DNA of 64,000 nucleotides from an uncultured Coriobacteriia bacterium (GCA_963701985.1 OY969691.1:1219088-1283087), one strand, 5' to 3'. Counted from the first letter of the stretch, positions 48,716 to 57,898 are shown. A program made the numbers and translations. Notes: a model not told the origin generated them from the letters alone.

Positions 48716-49684
48716 TCACGCTCGGACTCGCCGGGCCACGGCGGCCCGCGGACCGGCGGACGCAGCGCGCCACACCGGCAGGATGCAGGCGATCGCGGCG
48801 GCGGCCGCGAGGAGTCGCACCAGCCACGCCATGGCTCGCTCGCTCGCCGCAGCCACGGCCTCCACCAGGTCGGACACCCGGAGGGGCGATATCGGGAGCC
48901 ATGCCGACGACCTCTGCGCCGAGCGGGACCCGGAGCTCGCGGCCCCTCCCTCGCCGGTCGCCGGCATCGGGACCGGCGACGCGGAGACGCGGGCGCCGGA
49001 GGGCGGCGCCGACACGCCTCGCTCGGTGCACGCGCCGGTGACGGGCGAGCCGACCGCGCCGGACACCGCGACGCGGACGGGCGCCCGAGGCCGCGGGACG
49101 CCCGGTCTCGCGGGCGCCGCGGGCACCGGCGCCGGGACTGACGGCGGCCCGACCACGGGCGCGACGGCAGTCGGATCGGCTGCAGGCGATGCGGGCGCGC
49201 CGGGAGCGGAGCAGAGGAAAGCGGAGGGGTCGAGCCGACGGTCACCGCGTCGTACCCCCAGATGCAGATGGGGGATGTCGCTCGAGGCATCTCCGCCGGC
49301 CGCCAGGAACCCGACGGTGTCTCCCGCGGAGACCCGCGCGCCGGCGGTCACCGGCGGACGGTCCAAGGGCACGTAACTGATCGTGAGCCCGTCGTCCGTG
49401 AGCACGGAGACCGCGAACGAGCGCGATCCCGCGCCGGCCGGCACGAGACCGGCGAAGCTGACGATGCCGTCGGCGCACGCACGTACCGGCGTCCCCGCGG
49501 CCGCCGGGATGTCGACGCCGCCGTGCGTGCATCGGCGTCCGTCGGGCGCCGTGTACGAAGCTCCGTAGCCGAGAGCGATCGTGGACCCGAGAGGCCACGG
49601 CCAGCAGCCCGCCGCACGTGCCGTGACACACGGTATCCCTACGGCGGCGATCAGGATGGCCGCCGCCACGCGACGATGGAACAT
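48716..49684 (-). CDS. M23-family metallopeptidase with Pro-rich linker and C-terminal hydrophobic segment
   Basis: Signal-like N-terminus, HGGVD (HxxxD), FAGLV, and DIPHLHLGV (HxH). Followed by a PAPVPAAPARPGVPRP linker and a terminal hydrophobic helix. Confidence 0.8.
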   Translation of the reverse strand: MFHRRVAAAILIAAVGIPCVTARAAGCWPWPLGSTIALGYGASYTAPDGRRCTHGGVDIPAAAGTPVRACADGIVSFAGLVPAGAGSRSFAVSVLTDDGLTISYVPLDRPPVTAGARVSAGDTVGFLAAGGDASSDIPHLHLGVRRGDRRLDPSAFLCSAPGAPASPAADPTAVAPVVGPPSVPAPVPAAPARPGVPRPRAPVRVAVSGAVGSPVTGACTERGVSAPPSGARVSASPVPMPATGEGGAASSGSRSAQRSSAWLPISPLRVSDLVEAVAAASERAMAWLVRLLAAAAAIACILPVWRAASAGPRAAVARRVRA

Positions 49685-49833
49685 GACGAAAACGCCCCTT
49701 CCTCCTCGTAGCGCGACGAGAGGGAGGGGCGTCCGCGCGATCGACCTTCAGCGTTGTAGTTCGACACAGGGCCGCCGAATCCTGCCGAGAGCACGAGAGC
49801 CGCCCCGACGGACGGCCCTCGCGTTGTGGAGGA

Positions 49834-49908
<75 letters not shown>

Positions 49909-50114
49909 GTGCGGCCGCCGCGTGCCTCTGGCCGCGCGGCGGCGTCGGCCATTGTACCTGCGCCTCGTTCACCCGGCAAACGCCCCGCAAGGCCGCTCGG
50001 GGACGGCGCTCGACCGAGCCACCGGGCCCCGATACCACAGGGACCGGCCCGCGTATCGCGAGTCGGTCCCTGTCACAAGAAGCGGCGCTCTCAGTGCGCC
50101 GCGGGTCTTGAGAG

Positions 50115-50261
50115 CTACTTGCCGATCTTGAAGATCTTCGTGCCGCAGTCCGGGCAGAGACCCTGCGTCGCAGGCCGGCCGTTCTTCATGACGATGTCCT
50201 TGGGATCCTTGATGGCCTTCTTGGCCTTGCACTTGACGCAATAACCTTCCTTGGCTGCCAT
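50115..50261 (-). CDS. DUF5679-type zinc-ribbon mini-protein
   Basis: 48 aa: MAAKEGYCVKCKAKKAIKDPKDIVMKNGRPATQGLCPDCGTKIFKIGK. Strong RBS GAGGAGGTG. Below the track's length cut-off on its own, and hidden inside a 300-aa ORF. Confidence 0.75.
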   Translation of the reverse strand: MAAKEGYCVKCKAKKAIKDPKDIVMKNGRPATQGLCPDCGTKIFKIGK

Positions 50262-50371
50262 GCTCGAGCCCACCTCCTCATCGTGCGCGCTTGCGCGCAG
50301 TCCTGACCCACCCCGAACGAGGGCGATGTTCAAGGGCTGACGCCGCGAACGGGCGTGTCCCCCGTATAACT

Positions 50372-51070
50372 TTACACGTTGTCGGCTGTTCGTGAAGCGG
50401 AAAACCCGCTCGCGCGAGCGCGCAGCATGCGCGCGGCCACGGCGAGCACGCCGGCGCCCGCGAGCGACAGCCCCGCCCACATGGCCCCGGCCGTCTCCCA
50501 GAAGCGCTCCGGGAAGAGCCGTATCAGCAGCGAATCGGCGGGGAACATCCAGGTCCCGGCCTTGAAGAAGATCCCGTGGAACGCGGCGAAGAAGGCGTCG
50601 AAACTGGTCGCGGCGCCGACCACCGAGACCACCGCGACGAGGCCGATGACCAGGGCGCCCGCCCACATCCCCTCCCAGAGCAGGTCCGTCCTGCGCTGCG
50701 CCACGCACGCCGCCACGAGCACCGCGAGCAGCAGCGCGCTGGCCCCCGTGGCCACTCGCGCCGCCGACATCACCGCCCGCACGTCGAGCAGGTGCGAGAC
50801 GGCCGCCCGATCGAACGCGGGCCGTCCCCTCCAAGTGGAAGGGAGCGGCTTGTAACGCGCGTCCGCCACGAGCGCCCTGACCTGCTCCGACAGCGTGATG
50901 ACATCGGCGCGCGACAACCCCGCGGTCGCCGGGACGCGGAGCACCTGCTCGGCGGCCGACGTGTAGACGGGGAGGGTGAGCGCGATCTCGCAACAACCGA
51001 CGACGAACGCCGCCCACACCAGCGCCGTCAGCGCGACCGCGAGGGGCCGGACCACGCGCGCCGCTCTCAC
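50372..51070 (-). CDS. TIGR01906/DUF1461-family integral membrane protein (Lit-like)
   Basis: Motifs: LTALVWAAFVVGCCEIALTLPVYT, HLLDVRAVM, FDAFFAAFHGIFF..GTWMFPADSLLIRLFPERFW. GTG at 51070 forms a GTGA overlap with the upstream stop. Confidence 0.65.
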   Translation of the reverse strand: MRAARVVRPLAVALTALVWAAFVVGCCEIALTLPVYTSAAEQVLRVPATAGLSRADVITLSEQVRALVADARYKPLPSTWRGRPAFDRAAVSHLLDVRAVMSAARVATGASALLLAVLVAACVAQRRTDLLWEGMWAGALVIGLVAVVSVVGAATSFDAFFAAFHGIFFKAGTWMFPADSLLIRLFPERFWETAGAMWAGLSLAGAGVLAVAARMLRARASGFSASRTADNV

Positions 51071-52287
51071 TGCTCCCCCGCGTTCCCGAGGCGACCGCGG
51101 GCGACCCGGTTGCGTCCCTCCGCGGCCGCCCGAACGAGCGCGGCGTCGGCCGCGCCCAGGAGCTCGGACGACGTGCGCCCGTCGCGCGGGTAGGCAGCGA
51201 TGCCGACGCTCACGGTCACGCTGCGGTCCTCGTCGCGTATGTCCGCCACTCGCGCACGGAACGATTCGGCCATCGATTCGCCGTGGTCGGTGCCGCCGGC
51301 GGTGTCCTCCGGCACGATCAGCGCGAACTCCTCGCCGCTGTATCGCGCGATGACCACCAGGCACGGCCCGTTGCCGCTGCAGCCCGACACGTCGCGCATC
51401 ACACCCGCCACGCGCTCGATCATGCGGTTCCCCGCTTCGACGCCGAACAGCTGGTTGAATTGCGCGAAGTGGTCGATGTCGGCGAGCACCACGGAGACGC
51501 CGCGACCGGAGCGCTGCGAGCGTTCTATCTCGACGGCCAAGGCGCCCAGGAGCCAGTCGCGGTCGTACAGACCGGTCCGCGCGTCCCGGACCGACTGCTG
51601 GAGGAGACGGTCGACCCGCGCCTGGTTCTCGCGCATGAACAGTGTGCCGAGCGTCGCCGTCACCCCGAGCATGGTCATCGTCCACAGCACCCTGACGGCC
51701 ACGTACGTTCCCATGAAGGGCAGGTCGTTGTGGACGAACGGCATGGCCATGTGAGGCAGGACGCGGAAGTAGACGAGCGCGAGAACGCCCACGTAGCCGG
51801 CCGCTCCGGCCACGGCGATCAGCCAGACCTGAGCGCGCGACGGCAGGATGAGCGCCGCCTCGACGACGAAGAGGAAGAGCATGCCCTCGAACCACGAGTA
51901 CACGCCGCCGGAGTAGTAGATCAGCACCAGGACGACGCAGATGTCGAGGAGCAGCTGCGCGACGTTGAACTGGGCGACGTTCGCCAGCCGCCGGTAGGTG
52001 CGCTGGTAGTAGGAGTTGTAGACGAGGACGAAGACGAGCGCGACGGCCGGAACGATCATCTGACGCCACAGCCCCGCGATCGCGGGCTCGTCCACCGTCG
52101 CGTACACCGCGATCGCGACGGCAGAGAAGATGGCGATGGCGGCGACGATCGCCCAACGCAGACGTATCACGAGCCCGACGCGGCCGACGTTCGCCTCGAG
52201 GGCCTCGATGTCGCTCTGGCTCGGCTGCTCCCGCCACGAGACTTTGCTCAGCCGCCGAAGGTTCTTGGTGATGCGGCCGGGGCTCAT
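51067..52287 (-). CDS. membrane-bound GGDEF-domain protein (putative diguanylate cyclase, SGEEF variant)
   Basis: ATG at 52287. About 6 N-terminal TM helices, then DARTGLYDRDWL, ADIDHFAQFNQLFG, ARYSGEEFALIV, VSVGIAAYP. Confidence 0.85.
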   Translation of the reverse strand: MSPGRITKNLRRLSKVSWREQPSQSDIEALEANVGRVGLVIRLRWAIVAAIAIFSAVAIAVYATVDEPAIAGLWRQMIVPAVALVFVLVYNSYYQRTYRRLANVAQFNVAQLLLDICVVLVLIYYSGGVYSWFEGMLFLFVVEAALILPSRAQVWLIAVAGAAGYVGVLALVYFRVLPHMAMPFVHNDLPFMGTYVAVRVLWTMTMLGVTATLGTLFMRENQARVDRLLQQSVRDARTGLYDRDWLLGALAVEIERSQRSGRGVSVVLADIDHFAQFNQLFGVEAGNRMIERVAGVMRDVSGCSGNGPCLVVIARYSGEEFALIVPEDTAGGTDHGESMAESFRARVADIRDEDRSVTVSVGIAAYPRDGRTSSELLGAADAALVRAAAEGRNRVARGRLGNAGEQ

Positions 52288-52297
52288 ACTCGCACGC

Positions 52298-54115
52298 TCA
52301 CAACTCCTTGATGAGCGCCGCCACGAAGTCGACCGCCGACTCCAGGTTCGCCTCGCTGACGTTGTCCGCCGTGTCGGTCGGCCAATGCCAGTTCGGCAAG
52401 CGCCCATTGATGTCGAACGCCATCACGGAGACCGCCCGGAACCGGCGGGCGAGAGCGGCCGTCGCGTCCGTCGAGAGGCCTCGGTACTCGCGGCCGGTGA
52501 TGGGGAGTCCGTTCTCGCGGACGGCGCGTTTGGCCGCGCTGATCAACCGGCGATCCGCGTCGTAGCGCTTCGCCATGCCCTCGCGGGTCACGTACGAGAC
52601 CGCGCCAGCCCCGATGTTGTCGATGTTGATGATGGCGGCTTCGCGCAGATCCGGTCCGTACTCCTTGAGGAAGGCCTTCATGCCGACCGTGCCGGCCTCT
52701 TCCGCACCGGTCGCGACGAACCAGATCTCCTTCTCGACGAGCTCGCGGTCCACGTTCATCGTGACGCGGCGCCGGATGCGAGCCGCTTCGCTGGCGGCGA
52801 AGTCGGGGTCGTCCAGGCCCTCGATGACCGCGGTGCCGCCCTTCCAGCCGAAGTCGTCGTCGTCCTCACCCGGGAAGTTGTCCCACGATCCGATGCCCCG
52901 ACCGGTCTTCTTCGCGTCGAAATCCTGGTCGATACCGAGCCAGTCGTGCACGTCGCGGTCCTCGGGATTCTTGCGCCGGCCGAAGATGCCCTTGCGCTTG
53001 CCCTCGGACCGGCGGGCCGAGGTCTCGGTCGCCCCCTCCTCGGGAGCGGGGTCTCCGAACGGATCGTCGTCCTCCTCGGGTTCCGCCGGCCGCGAAGCAC
53101 GCCGCGGCCGGGCCGGCGCCGCGCCGAACAGACGCGCGGACACCTCGGAGTCCTGCTCCGGCGCCTCGTTCTCCGATGCGGCCGGGGTCGCTCCGCCCCG
53201 GTCGAGCGTCATCGAGGTCTGCCCCGCGATCGCGCCGGTGTCCCACGAGATGTCCTCGTCCTCCGTCCACGACTCCGGCGGGGCGGCGGGTGCCGACACG
53301 GGCGAGTACGTCAGGACCGAGCCTTCCGGGACCACGTCGGCGGCGAACGCGTCCTCCTCGGTCCGCATCCGCGCCGTGTCGCGCGCGACGGCCGCCGCGG
53401 CGTCCGGCTCCGGCACGAGCCGTTCGAACACGCCGAGCATCGCCGCGACGCCGGAGGCGTTGTCGTTGGCTCCGCGCGTGAACTTCCCCAGCGTCTCGCG
53501 CTGGATGTTGATCACCGTCGGCACGAGCAGGTACACGGCCGGCACCAGGGTGACGTACCAGGCCCACGGCTCGAGCCTGCTCACATACGGGAGTATCCGC
53601 ACCAAGATGAGGACCGGGATCGCGTACATGGCGGCCTTCATCAGGCGGAACGTGAGAGCGAAGTGCTTGACCATGCCGGGGGAGAAGGCCCACGACGATC
53701 GCGCGGAGTCGCAGTGCGCGACGATCACGACCCGCGACACGCGCTCGTTCCGGCCGGCATGCGGCGTGTGGCGCGCGATCACGTTCTGGCTCGTGCGCCT
53801 CGGCATCAGTGCCGTGAGTCCCCAACGGGTGTCGAGATCGAAGTGGAACATGACCGCCACGAGCACCGCGACGACGAGCGCGGGCCAGGCGTACCAGTGC
53901 GACACGACCGCCGCCAGCATCGCGACCACGTAGTAGAGCACGTAGGCCCAGCTGTAGGTCCGCGGGGTCGAGAACGGCTGCGTCTCGACGTCGATCCCAC
54001 GGGACCCGAAGGCGTCGCGGACGTAGGCCCCCGCCTGCTCCTCGGCGTCGCTGGCGGCCGGCCTCGGCCCGACGACGTTGGCGAGCTGCTCGACGTGCGA
54101 CATCAGCGTGCCCAT
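52298..54115 (-). CDS. M28-family metallopeptidase with TM hairpins and a large acidic insertion
   Basis: 605 aa with VVIVAHCDS, GANDNASGVAAMLGV, FVATGAEEAGTVGMKAF and NWHWPTD. TM stretches at aa ~55-95 and ~160-205, and a low-complexity insertion at aa ~235-460. Confidence 0.8.
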   Translation of the reverse strand: MGTLMSHVEQLANVVGPRPAASDAEEQAGAYVRDAFGSRGIDVETQPFSTPRTYSWAYVLYYVVAMLAAVVSHWYAWPALVVAVLVAVMFHFDLDTRWGLTALMPRRTSQNVIARHTPHAGRNERVSRVVIVAHCDSARSSWAFSPGMVKHFALTFRLMKAAMYAIPVLILVRILPYVSRLEPWAWYVTLVPAVYLLVPTVINIQRETLGKFTRGANDNASGVAAMLGVFERLVPEPDAAAAVARDTARMRTEEDAFAADVVPEGSVLTYSPVSAPAAPPESWTEDEDISWDTGAIAGQTSMTLDRGGATPAASENEAPEQDSEVSARLFGAAPARPRRASRPAEPEEDDDPFGDPAPEEGATETSARRSEGKRKGIFGRRKNPEDRDVHDWLGIDQDFDAKKTGRGIGSWDNFPGEDDDDFGWKGGTAVIEGLDDPDFAASEAARIRRRVTMNVDRELVEKEIWFVATGAEEAGTVGMKAFLKEYGPDLREAAIINIDNIGAGAVSYVTREGMAKRYDADRRLISAAKRAVRENGLPITGREYRGLSTDATAALARRFRAVSVMAFDINGRLPNWHWPTDTADNVSEANLESAVDFVAALIKEL

Positions 54116-54210
54116 GACGCTCCCCTTCGTGCGCTGACGGCCTGAACGGACGGTCCACCGCTCTCAGACTCGAAGGATATACCACCCGCGCCGCGACCCG
54201 CCCGAGCGGC

Positions 54211-54513
54211 TCACCCGTGGCAGCTCGCACACTCCGAGAGGTGATAGACCGAATGCGTCATCTGGATGGCCGGATCCGGACTGTGGCACACGCATCCGGG
54301 GATCGGGATCACGAAAGCGGCGCGAACGGGAGCCTGCGCGCCGGCGTCGACCTCTGCCGCGTAGGCGTTCCGGATGGACGCCGCGGGCGGCATCTCCCCG
54401 CCGACGAAGTACAGCGTGACCGCGACGAGCGCGAGCCCGAGGAGCACGGCGCTCACGATGAGGGCGGAACGGCGCAGCCACGGATGGCCGCGGCGGAGCG
54501 CGCGGTCAGCCAT
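54211..54513 (-). CDS. small membrane-anchored Cys/His-rich protein with C-terminal CxxCH
   Basis: 100 aa with one TM (SALIVSAVLLGLALVAVTLYFV), then PGCVCHSPDP and a terminal ECASCHG. 8-nt overlap with the upstream ferredoxin gene. Confidence 0.45.
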   Translation of the reverse strand: MADRALRRGHPWLRRSALIVSAVLLGLALVAVTLYFVGGEMPPAASIRNAYAAEVDAGAQAPVRAAFVIPIPGCVCHSPDPAIQMTHSVYHLSECASCHG

Positions 54514-54895
54514 GGATCAGCGAGGGCAGGCAGCGCGTGCAGACCCAGGTGGACGTTCCGGAGGTGCGCACGGGGAGCAGCGGCGTCGAGTCCTCGTCCG
54601 CGCCGCAACGGAAACACACCTGCCGCACGTAGTCGACGGCGCGCTCGGCCATGCGCTCTTCGGCGGCCGCGTGGTCGAACGCGACCGCGTCGCGCTCCTC
54701 GACGCTCAGCGCGCCGGTGGGGCACACAGCGAGGCAGAAGCCCGCGCCGTCGCACAGCGAGTCCGAGATCACCTTCGCCGTGCCGTCGACGATCGCGATG
54801 GCGCCCTCCGCGCAGGGCGTCACGCATGCGCCGCACCCGGTGCACAGCTCCTCGTCGATGCGGACGATCTGTCGCCTGCGCGTCGTTCCGCTCAT
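54506..54895 (-). CDS. 4Fe-4S dicluster-domain protein with C-terminal CxxC...CxxC zinc-ribbon
   Basis: 129 aa with CTGCGACVTPC and CDGAGFCLAVCP, then VCFRCG...VCTRC. Confidence 0.8.
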   Translation of the reverse strand: MSGTTRRRQIVRIDEELCTGCGACVTPCAEGAIAIVDGTAKVISDSLCDGAGFCLAVCPTGALSVEERDAVAFDHAAAEERMAERAVDYVRQVCFRCGADEDSTPLLPVRTSGTSTWVCTRCLPSLIHG

Positions 54896-55326
54896 CGCTC
54901 CTCCTTCGCGCCCGCAGAGGGGCGGGTGGTCTTCTTCTTCATGCGCAACCCCTCCAGCACATGCCGTACCCCGTCCGCGGCATGGCGCGTGAACAGCGAG
55001 CGGGGGCCGGCGTAGCGCATCACGTCACGCATGCGTTCTCGCATCTCAGGGCGGTAGCAGTGGGTGTCGCAATGGCTGCAGAACGGCTTCGGGTGCTTGG
55101 GGCAGAAGACCCTTCGCCGTTCGCCGTAGCGGAGCAGCTCCGCGCATTCCTCGCAGACCGCCGGCACGTGACCGCGGTACACGCCCAGCTCGGTCCCCGC
55201 GGAGGTGAGCGGCGAGCGCGGCCGGCCTCGATGCCTTCCGCGGCAGTACATGGCGGTGAAGTCCGCCAGCAGCCGCATGTCCGCGCACGCGGGCGGGGTC
55301 AGCCGCTCCGCGAATCCTTCCGGCAT
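54892..55326 (-). CDS. nitrous-oxide-stimulated-promoter (YgbA_NO) family protein
   Basis: 144 aa with AMYCRGRH, CEECAELLRYGERRRVFCP..KPFCSHCDTHCYRPEMRERMRDVMRYAGPR, the Cys pattern typical of the YgbA family. Confidence 0.7.
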   Translation of the reverse strand: MPEGFAERLTPPACADMRLLADFTAMYCRGRHRGRPRSPLTSAGTELGVYRGHVPAVCEECAELLRYGERRRVFCPKHPKPFCSHCDTHCYRPEMRERMRDVMRYAGPRSLFTRHAADGVRHVLEGLRMKKKTTRPSAGAKEER

Positions 55327-55447
55327 GCTGCTCCAGTCGAGGGGTCGTCCGACACGTCGACCGGCTTACAAGAAAGATGCGTGCCGAGTACGCGGGACGT
55401 CCGAGCCGGAATGGTCCCGGCCTCGAGCGTCAGCCGGCGACGTCAGG

Positions 55448-55603
55448 CTACCACCGCCACCAGGGCGGCCCCTGGATGAGCCTGATGACGAGCACGATGA
55501 GGGCGATCACGAGGAGCAGGTAGACCAGGCCGCCCAAGGTGTTGCCGGAGATGAAGCCGAGAAGCCACAGGATGATGAGGATCAACACGATCGTCCACAG
55601 CAT
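55448..55603 (-). CDS. lmo0937-family small membrane protein
   Basis: 51 aa, not in the ORF track: MLWTIVLILIILWLLGFISGNTLGGLVYLLLVIALIVLVIRLIQGPPWWRW. RBS GGGAGG. Confidence 0.7.
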   Translation of the reverse strand: MLWTIVLILIILWLLGFISGNTLGGLVYLLLVIALIVLVIRLIQGPPWWRW

Positions 55604-55962
55604 GTTCCCGCCTCCCTGATCGGCGACGGCGACGTGAGCGTTCGAGCGCTCTCTCGTCCCGGACCTTCCACGCGACGAGACCTCACGGACCGTCGCATGC
55701 GACGTGTACCCATCCGGCGGCGGTCCATCCTTGGCACGGGCGTTGCTTTTTTTCGGGGCGAGGCCGTGGCGGCCCGCTCTCCTCCCCCCTCAGTGCGGGG
55801 CTCGCCCACCTCACGAGACGAGATGCGTTCCCCCCAGCGCGTCTCGTTCGCACACAAGGCCTCCGGCCCGTCCGCGGCGACGCTGGCGGGCCGGAGGCGT
55901 GTCCGCGGGGGATACAATCGCGGGTCGAAGGCTTCGCACGGCGGTGAGGGCGGGGTGACGGC

Positions 55963-56949
55963 ATGGCTGATGCCACGGAGCGGATCGTGAACCTGGCGCT
56001 GTACCTGGCGTCGTCCGCGCGGCCGGTCACCGCGGATGAGATCGCCGCCGACGTGGCCGGATACCCGCCCGGTCAGGACGAAGACGCGTTCCTCCGCATG
56101 TTCGAGCGCGACAAGGCCGACCTGCGCGCAGCCGGTTTCATCATCGCCGTCGACTCGAGTGAAGACACCGACGCGTACCGGCTCGACGCCTCCTCGACGT
56201 TCGCGGAGCCGATCGAGCTCGATCGCCGCGAAGTGGCGGAGCTGCGCGCGGCCGGCGCCGCGCTGCTCACCGATCCGTCGTTCCCGTACGCCCGCGACCT
56301 CAGGTTCGCGCTGGCGAAGCTCATGGTCGAGGCCGACGCGGCGGGCCGCTCGCCCGTCGGCGTGGCCGCGCTCACCGCCGACGAGGACCCGGAGGCGCAG
56401 AGCCGTTTCGTCGCGGCGCTCACGGCCGCCGCATCCGCGCGAAAGCGCGCGGCGTTCGCGTACGCCGGAGCCAACGGCAGGCGCAGCGCACGCGAGGTCG
56501 AGCCGTGGGGGCTGTTCGCCCGTGACGGGCGATGGTATCTGGTCGCCTGGGACGCGTCCGCCGAAGCGGCCCGCGTCTTCGCCGTCACCCGGATGCGCGA
56601 CGTGCGCGTCTCCTCGTCCAAGCCCAAGACGCCGGACTTCGAGCGTCCCGCGGATTTCGACGTGAGACGCTGGATGCTCATGCCGTTCCAGTACGGCGCA
56701 TGCACCCGGGAGGCGCTCCTGCGCCTGCACGGTGCGTGTGCCCGCAGCGCGCCCGCGCTCACCGCGGGGCAGGGTACGCTGACGCGGAGCGGCCAGGGCA
56801 CGGTCGAGTGGCGGGTGCCCGTCGCGGACGAGCGCCTGCTCGCGCAGTGGGTGGTCGAACACGGGCCGGGCATCGAGATCGTCGAGCCCTCGAGCGCGCG
56901 GAAGGCGCTCGTCGACGGCCTGCGCAAGGCGGTGGCGCTCCATGGCTAG
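55963..56949 (+). CDS. HTH-WYL-WCX transcriptional regulator (PafB-like)
   Basis: 328 aa. N-terminal wHTH RIVNLALYLASSARPVTADEIA and WYL core VEPWGLFARDGRWYLVAWD..ARVFAVTRM. Confidence 0.8.
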   Translation: MADATERIVNLALYLASSARPVTADEIAADVAGYPPGQDEDAFLRMFERDKADLRAAGFIIAVDSSEDTDAYRLDASSTFAEPIELDRREVAELRAAGAALLTDPSFPYARDLRFALAKLMVEADAAGRSPVGVAALTADEDPEAQSRFVAALTAAASARKRAAFAYAGANGRRSAREVEPWGLFARDGRWYLVAWDASAEAARVFAVTRMRDVRVSSSKPKTPDFERPADFDVRRWMLMPFQYGACTREALLRLHGACARSAPALTAGQGTLTRSGQGTVEWRVPVADERLLAQWVVEHGPGIEIVEPSSARKALVDGLRKAVALHG

Positions 56950-57898
56950 GCCGAGCTCCTCGGAGCGGGCGCGCCGCCTGCTGGCCCTGCTCCCGTACCT
57001 GGGCGAGCGCGGTGCGGTGCCGCTCGCGCGGCTGGCGGAGGTGGCGGGCACGAACGCGGAGACCGTGGCCGCCGACGTCACCGTGCTGTCCATGTGCGGC
57101 GCGGGTGCCGGCGATCCGCTCGACCTCATCGGCGTCTACGTGGACGGCGACACCGCGGAGGTGTTCGCCGACCTGCCCGCGCTCGACAGGCCCGTCAGGC
57201 TCACGGCCGCCGAGGCGCTCGCGCTCGCGACGGCGCTCGAGATCGTCGGCATCGACCCCGGCGGAGCCCTCGCCGGCCGGCTCGACGCGCTCGCGGGTCG
57301 CGGCGTCGACCTCGAGGAGCTCGCTCGCGGCATCAGGTCGGCCTTCGTGCAGGGCGGACACGCCGCGGTGATCGCGGCTCTCAGTGCCGCGGCGAACGAA
57401 CGCGTGTCCGTGCGCATCGCCTACGAGCCCGCCGCCGGGACGCCGGGCGCTCCCGCCGCTCCGCGCGTCGTGCGCCCCTTCCTCCTCTACCTCTGGCGAG
57501 GCGCCTGGTACCTTCTCGCCTACGACGAGAAGCGCCGCGAGGAGCGGACGTTCCGCGTGGATCGCATCGCCTCGATCGCCTCGACGGGTGAACGCTTCGA
57601 GCGTCCGCCGGGGCTGCCGGTCTCGCCCACCCCCCTGCCCGACCTCGAGTCGCTGCCCGTGGCGACCGTGCGTTTCGACGCGGACGCTCCCGATCTGAGC
57701 GACCGCGAATGGCCCGGCGGGCGCTTCGCGCGGGCAGGGGACGGCAGCGTGACGGCGAAGATCCCTTATGCGGGGACGGGGTGGCTCGCGCGGAAGGTCG
57801 CCGCCAGGCTCGGCACCGCGGAGGTGCTCTTCCCCGAAGAGCTGCGGTCGGCCGTCGCCGAGGCGGCACGCCATATGCTCGAGGACGCCCACAGATAG
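56942..57898 (+). CDS. HTH-WYL-WCX transcriptional regulator (PafC-like)
   Basis: 318 aa with RLLALLPYLGERGAVPLARLAE and a WYL core VRPFLLYLWRGAWYLLAYDE..RTFRVDRI. 8-nt overlap with the preceding gene. Confidence 0.8.
   Translation: MARPSSSERARRLLALLPYLGERGAVPLARLAEVAGTNAETVAADVTVLSMCGAGAGDPLDLIGVYVDGDTAEVFADLPALDRPVRLTAAEALALATALEIVGIDPGGALAGRLDALAGRGVDLEELARGIRSAFVQGGHAAVIAALSAAANERVSVRIAYEPAAGTPGAPAAPRVVRPFLLYLWRGAWYLLAYDEKRREERTFRVDRIASIASTGERFERPPGLPVSPTPLPDLESLPVATVRFDADAPDLSDREWPGGRFARAGDGSVTAKIPYAGTGWLARKVAARLGTAEVLFPEELRSAVAEAARHMLEDAHR

Noticed and set aside
55890-55920. Possible PafBC-type RecA-NDp promoter (TGTC...TAnnnT) upstream of the PafB-like gene: gTGTCcgcg-ggggA-TACAAT.
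   Set aside because: The spacing between the TGTC box and the TAnnnT box is ~5 nt rather than the ~8 nt I recall for the consensus, and the flanking bases do not match. I keep it only as a -10-like element.
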